In this document: positions 59,632 through 64,000 of the stretch, piece after piece
Numbering within the stretch: the first letter of the stretch is position 1
Layout of the letters: the number at the start of each line of letters is the position of its first letter
Origin: Treponemataceae bacterium
Lineage (GTDB): Bacteria; Spirochaetota; Spirochaetia; Treponematales; Rectinemataceae
Direction: 5' to 3'
NCBI GenBank assembly: GCA_963667725.2
Contig: CAXXHO010000005.1
Coordinates: 512,001-576,000, forward strand
Length of the DNA stretch: 64,000 nt
Made by a program: the position numbers and the translations under genes
Notes under the pieces: model-generated
The model's input: only the letters and a program-made list of their open reading frames with translations
What the model was told of the DNA's origin: nothing
Databases searched by the model: none

Positions 59632-61290
59632 TCAGTACCTCCACAGCACCCCGCCGGAATAGAGGAAGAACTGCTGGGAATTCCCTGAAACGTTCCTGTA
59701 GTTCCTATGATTCCAGTACTGAATGCTGGCGTTCAACTCGAAGCCCTTGGGAAGCGGCATCATCCCTTTTAAGGTGACGCAGTGGCTCAGCTGGTCGGGA
59801 AGAGCCTGGATGGCCGCGAGCGTCGTGGACCGCGTGATGTCCGTCCTCGTGTCGTAGTCGTAATAGATCGGGTTCCCGTTCGCGTCCATCATGCCCAGGT
59901 AGATGGGACCCTTGACCAGGTACTCATAACCCAGCTCGACATTCGCGCCCGTGGGCAGGCTCGCGTTCACGAACACGCCCAGATGCTTGGCGTCGGGTCC
60001 ATAGGCGAAGCCGAGAGGCCAGTCCGTCGCCCAGCTCGGTCCCTGGATATGGCGATCGTACATGGTGAGATAGGGCTGCCACCGGCAGTAGGCCCACTCG
60101 TTGGCGAAGGTATATTCGCCGCCCGCGGTCAGTATGAGACCGTCGGCCGGCTTGAACGAATAGCGCCCTCCGGCCTGCCAGGCATATTGGGCCGGCTTGC
60201 CGCCGCTCCCCGCCTCGTCTCCCACGAGGAAGTCATCCACGGTGAACTCGCCGAAGAGCTGCAGCCCGTCGAGAGGCACGACGGAGGCGCTCAGGGACAT
60301 CATGACGTTGGTGAAGCCGGCCGAGTAGGCATTGTGGAAGAAGGAAGTAGGGAGGATATCGAGAAGGCCGGGGACCTTGCCGCCGATCATGGCCATCTCG
60401 GCCACGCCGAAACGGAATCTGTCCCAGAACCTCGCCTCCACCTGGTGATAGGCGTACATCTTCACCGCTTCCATCTCGGGGACGAGGTCGTGGTCGTTGA
60501 TGGGATCCCAAGGATTGACGCTGTTGTTCCCCGCGTCATAGGTGTCCCGAGGTCTGTACTGGATATCGGCTTCGGCCTTGTTGAGGAAGGTCGAGGAGGT
60601 GCCGATTATGGAGGTGAAGCGGAAATTTTCGCCGCCGACGGCGCCCTGCACATGGTCGTAATACTCGGCCTTCGTGTTGAGAAAGGTGTTGCTGAAGTGC
60701 CCGTCGCCCAGGCCCGACTTGAAGCGCCCCGCCGCGATCCAGGCATTCTTGCCGCCCGCCGAAACCCAGCCTTCCTGCGGAAATTTCCAGAACATCAGGT
60801 ACCTGAGCATCGCGTCCAGGTTCCAGGGAGCGATGAGGGAGAGATCGTTTACTCCCACATAATTCTGCCGCATCGAAAGATCGATCTTCACCTTGCCCGC
60901 GAAGGAATCGCCGATCGACATGTCCGCTCCAAGCTCGAGGAAGAGGGGCAGGCCGTCAAGGAAATACAGGAGGGTGGGATCGGCGCTGGGGGAGAGGCCA
61001 TAGGTCTGGATGCCGGTGACGCCGGTCACGGACGTCGGGTCGGCTGAGAAGATGAGGCGGCTCCTGAATTCCGGGGTTTTCGCCTGGCGGCCGTCGTAGC
61101 CGATGATTTCCGCCGCCTCGTTGCCCGAGAAAACGAAACCGTTGGTGACGGGAACCATTCCTTCCATTATATACTCGGCGAGCGCTCGGGCCATGTCGGG
61201 ATCATCGCGAAACGCCAGCTGGGCGCCCTGGGCGCCGAGCCTACAGACCAAACCCAGGAACAGGAAAACGCCATAGACCCAACGCTTCAT
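59632..61290 (-). CDS. Exported outer-membrane protein, Wzi-like paralog
   Basis: Signal peptide, AGRFKSGLGDG, HQVE, LFGEFTVDD, PLGFAYGPD, terminal WRY. Confidence 0.6.
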   Translation of the reverse strand: MKRWVYGVFLFLGLVCRLGAQGAQLAFRDDPDMARALAEYIMEGMVPVTNGFVFSGNEAAEIIGYDGRQAKTPEFRSRLIFSADPTSVTGVTGIQTYGLSPSADPTLLYFLDGLPLFLELGADMSIGDSFAGKVKIDLSMRQNYVGVNDLSLIAPWNLDAMLRYLMFWKFPQEGWVSAGGKNAWIAAGRFKSGLGDGHFSNTFLNTKAEYYDHVQGAVGGENFRFTSIIGTSSTFLNKAEADIQYRPRDTYDAGNNSVNPWDPINDHDLVPEMEAVKMYAYHQVEARFWDRFRFGVAEMAMIGGKVPGLLDILPTSFFHNAYSAGFTNVMMSLSASVVPLDGLQLFGEFTVDDFLVGDEAGSGGKPAQYAWQAGGRYSFKPADGLILTAGGEYTFANEWAYCRWQPYLTMYDRHIQGPSWATDWPLGFAYGPDAKHLGVFVNASLPTGANVELGYEYLVKGPIYLGMMDANGNPIYYDYDTRTDITRSTTLAAIQALPDQLSHCVTLKGMMPLPKGFELNASIQYWNHRNYRNVSGNSQQFFLYSGGVLWRY

Positions 61291-61485
61291 GATATCCTCC
61301 CTCCGACTCGGCGGTTCCGCGTTTCCGCGGTTCCGCTTTTTCCGCGGCTCCGCGGAAAAAGCTTTAGCTAAGTGTCGGCCTTTCTTCAGGTTCCGTCAAA
61401 CAGAATAGATTCCAGCCAGGTTTCTCGACGCCAGGAAACGATAATTCCCTTGCGCAGAATGGACGAAACCGCTAGAGTATCGCCC

Positions 61486-61749
61486 ATGAGTATCTTCGAG
61501 ATCATCATGCTCGTATGCTTCGGCGCGGCGTGGCCATTTTCGATTTACCGCTCCTACACCTCCGGAAAAACCGGCGGGAAAAGCGTGTTTTTCCTGATCA
61601 TCATCCTCGCGGGCTACGTGGCGGGCATCGCCAACAAGATCTTCTATCGCTTCGACAATGTCGTCTACCTCTATGCTCTCAACTTCGCGATGGTGGCCAT
61701 AGATACCGCCCTTTGGTTCCGCAACAAGAAAAGAGAAAAGAATTCCTGA
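61486..61749 (+). CDS. Small PQ-loop/SemiSWEET-like membrane protein
   Basis: 3 TM helices; FGAAWPFSIYRSY..GKTGGKS. Confidence 0.7.
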   Translation: MSIFEIIMLVCFGAAWPFSIYRSYTSGKTGGKSVFFLIIILAGYVAGIANKIFYRFDNVVYLYALNFAMVAIDTALWFRNKKREKNS

Positions 61750-61797
61750 ACGGCGCGTTTAGCGCCCGCTTTAGCGCCCGTTTTAGCGGGCATCCTC

Positions 61798-61830
61798 TTG
61801 ACAGCTTTATTGATAATGATTATCAATATC
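61798..61830 (+). promoter_or_regulatory. Fur box overlapping the fur-feo promoter
   Basis: GATAATGATTATCAATATC (61812-61830), 17/19 match to the classical Fur consensus; TTGACA at 61798. Confidence 0.85.
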
Positions 61831-61844
61831 AATAAGGAATAACA

Positions 61845-62342
61845 ATGAACGAAGAACGGATTCTTTTCGAAGACTATCTGCGGACCAGGAATCTCAAAAT
61901 GACATCGCCCAGGGAGACTGTCCTCAAGGCTTTCCTGGAAAACGAGGGACACTTGAGCGCCGACGATATTCTGGCCGCCGCGCGCGCTCTGGATCCGGGC
62001 ATCGGGCAGGCGACGGTCTTCAGGACGGTCAAACTGCTGGCCGATGCGGGTCTCGCGAGGGATGCCTGCCAGGACGATGGCCCCCGACGCTATGAACACG
62101 CCTATCACCATTCCCATCACGACCATCTCCTCTGCATGCGATGCGGGAAGATCATAGAGTTCTGCGACCCGGCCATAGAAAAGGCACAGGAAAAAATATT
62201 CCGCGCCTATGGATTCAAGGCGGTGGGCCACACGATGGAGCTCAAGGGGCTCTGCGCCGACTGTTCTAGAGAGGCCGGCGATTTTTCCGGACGACAACCT
62301 GCTCGTTCCGCCAACAAGGAGTCCTTAAATGCGGCTTTCTGA
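61845..62342 (+). CDS. fur: Fur family transcriptional regulator
   Basis: HLSA, ATVFRT, HHDHLLCMRCG, CADC. Confidence 0.93.
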   Translation: MNEERILFEDYLRTRNLKMTSPRETVLKAFLENEGHLSADDILAAARALDPGIGQATVFRTVKLLADAGLARDACQDDGPRRYEHAYHHSHHDHLLCMRCGKIIEFCDPAIEKAQEKIFRAYGFKAVGHTMELKGLCADCSREAGDFSGRQPARSANKESLNAAF

Positions 62343-62850
62343 TTTAATCCCGGGAACGCCTTTCGTGGTATCAAGGGTGCTCGTGGGCGGAGAGATAGGC
62401 AAGAGGCTGGCCGATATGGGGTTCACGGATGGAGCCGCAGGAATTCTCGTGCGGGGAGCCTTCTTGCGCGGACCGATTCAGGTGCAGATCAGGGGCTACG
62501 ATCTCCTCATCAGGCGGGGGGAGGCGAAGCTCATAGAGGTGGCGGCGATGGAAGGCGCCGTCGGTGGCACCGGCGCGGACGTGGACAGCGGGGGTTCGGA
62601 GGAGGCCGCCGGCGCCGCCGGGGCAGGTCAGGAAAACGAAGCGGCAGGCAGGCCATACAGAGCGCGCCGAGGCCGCGGCGGCTTGTTTCGGAGCCTGTTC
62701 GCCGAACCGGATTGCTGCGGCGGCGCCAGCCAAGGCAGGCGCGCCAGCCAAAGCTGTAGCGCCGATCAAGGAAAGCGCGCCAATCAGGGCAGCGGCGCCC
62801 GTCAACGCGGCGGCACCCGCCATGATCCAAACGACAGGAAGTCAGCATGA
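62329..62850 (+). CDS. feoA: FeoA family protein with C-terminal extension
   Basis: RLADMGF...GPIQV.IRGY.L.IRRGEA. Confidence 0.85.
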   Translation: MRLSDLIPGTPFVVSRVLVGGEIGKRLADMGFTDGAAGILVRGAFLRGPIQVQIRGYDLLIRRGEAKLIEVAAMEGAVGGTGADVDSGGSEEAAGAAGAGQENEAAGRPYRARRGRGGLFRSLFAEPDCCGGASQGRRASQSCSADQGKRANQGSGARQRGGTRHDPNDRKSA

Positions 62851-64000
62851 TGAAAACGATACGCGTCGCCCTGGCCGGCAATCCCAACGCGGGCAAGACA
62901 AGCCTTTTCAACGCCATAACGGGCGCCCACCACAAGGTGGGCAACTACCCCGGCGTGACAGTCGAAAAGCGCGAAGGCCTCCACGAGTATAAAAACATAC
63001 AATTCCGGTTCATCGATCTTCCCGGAATCTACAGCCTCACCGCCTACTCCCTCGACGAGGTGGTGACCCGCGATTTCCTCCTGGAGGAAAAACCCGACAT
63101 CGTCATAGACGTCCTCGACTCCACGAACCTCGAGCGGAACCTCTACTTATGCCTCCAGTTCCAGGAACTCGGCATCCCCGTCGTGGGCGCCCTCAATATG
63201 ACCGACGAGGCCGAAACCAAGGGCCTTCGCATCGACGCGAAGATTCTCTCGGACACCCTGGGCATTCCTCTCGTCAAGACTGTCGGGACGAGCGGCATCG
63301 GCATCGAGAGACTCCTCGACGCCGTGCTCGCCACCCTGGAAAAGGCCGAATTGACCCCCGGGAAGGGACAGGACAAGGCCCCGAGCTATGGCGACGAAAT
63401 CGAGTCGCGGCTCGGCCCCCTCCAGGAAGCGATAGCCTCCGACAAGACCTTCGTGGCGCGGTATCCCGCCCGCTGGATAGCCATCAAGCTTCTCGAGAAC
63501 GATGCCAATGCCCTCAAAAAACTGGAACAGCATGAGCGGGGCACCGAGGTCGGGGAGAAAGCCGCCGCCGACAGGGCCTGGCTTTCGAAACATTACGGCA
63601 AGGATTCGGAAATCGTCGTCACCGAACAGCGCTATGGCTATATCAGGGGCGCCCTCAGGGAAGCCGTAAAAAAAGTGCCGGTGAACCATGTCCAGGTGAC
63701 TGAAATCATCGATAAATTCCTGATGAGTCCCATCGTGGGCCTCCCCATCTTCTTCCTCATAATCTGGGGCATTTTCAAACTCACCTTCGCCCTGGGCGAA
63801 TTGCCCGCCCAGATCCTAGAGCACTTCTTCGGCCTCCTGACTTCGGCCAGCCAGGCCCTCATCCCGCCCGGGCTCCTGCAGTCCCTCATCGTTGACGGCA
63901 TCATAGGAGGCGTGGGCGGCGTTTTCTCCTTCGTCCCCCTCATAGTCATCCTCTTTCTCTGCATCTCCATACTCGAGGATACAGGCTACATGTCGCGCGC
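62847..64000 (+). CDS. feoB: Ferrous iron transporter FeoB, truncated by the window edge
   Basis: Manual translation MMKTIRVALAGNPNAGKTSLFNAITG..HKVGNYPGVTVEK...DLPGIYSL; LEDTGYMSR at the edge. Confidence 0.95.
   Translation, partial: MMKTIRVALAGNPNAGKTSLFNAITGAHHKVGNYPGVTVEKREGLHEYKNIQFRFIDLPGIYSLTAYSLDEVVTRDFLLEEKPDIVIDVLDSTNLERNLYLCLQFQELGIPVVGALNMTDEAETKGLRIDAKILSDTLGIPLVKTVGTSGIGIERLLDAVLATLEKAELTPGKGQDKAPSYGDEIESRLGPLQEAIASDKTFVARYPARWIAIKLLENDANALKKLEQHERGTEVGEKAAADRAWLSKHYGKDSEIVVTEQRYGYIRGALREAVKKVPVNHVQVTEIIDKFLMSPIVGLPIFFLIIWGIFKLTFALGELPAQILEHFFGLLTSASQALIPPGLLQSLIVDGIIGGVGGVFSFVPLIVILFLCISILEDTGYMSR

Noticed and set aside
41041..63970. Long antisense or overlapping ORFs in the GC-rich region (e.g. 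48272-50305, 54061-55527, 59782-61047)
   Set aside because: Shadow ORFs expected from high GC3 codon usage opposite well-supported genes; no recognisable motifs.
1..64000. tRNA or rRNA genes
   Set aside because: None recognised by eye; a tRNAscan or Infernal run would be needed to exclude them formally.

Overview
Positions 1-38.7 kb are a large, very AT-rich chromosomal (super)integron cassette array, read on the minus strand. I count 51 attC sites of about 113-150 bp, 51 complete cassettes, and one partial cassette running off the left edge. The attI core is at about 38712-38718. The integron integrase gene (38877-40109) is co-oriented with the cassettes, so the array lies 3' of intI, as described for the Treponema denticola integron. 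Cargo includes five toxin-antitoxin loci, GNAT, NUDIX and hydrolase genes, an HD-GYP protein, a trypsin-like protease, several unknown or defence-like ORFs, duplicated cassettes and two IS insertions (IS1595/IS1016-like and IS5-like). The most unusual signals are non-coding. (1) A ~163-bp gene-less cassette occurs 10 times, with a near-invariant hairpin, a two-state extended -10 motif, a purine-rich tail and, in four copies, its own attC subtype. (2) A second 490-bp gene-less cassette with a 17-bp perfect stem occurs twice. (3) A GC-rich mini-hairpin abuts the recombination core at the 5' end of about half the cassettes. (4) GNA-triloop mini-hairpins are concentrated on the attC bottom strand. 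Positions 40.4-64 kb are GC-rich host chromosome, probably an anaerobic spirochaete (inference). They carry an M16 peptidase pair, Fe-ADH, a diguanylate cyclase, MATE, AOR with ferredoxin, an amino-acid ABC transporter, four Wzi-like outer-membrane paralogs and fur-feoA-feoB. All product calls come from motif recognition by eye; no database searches were run.
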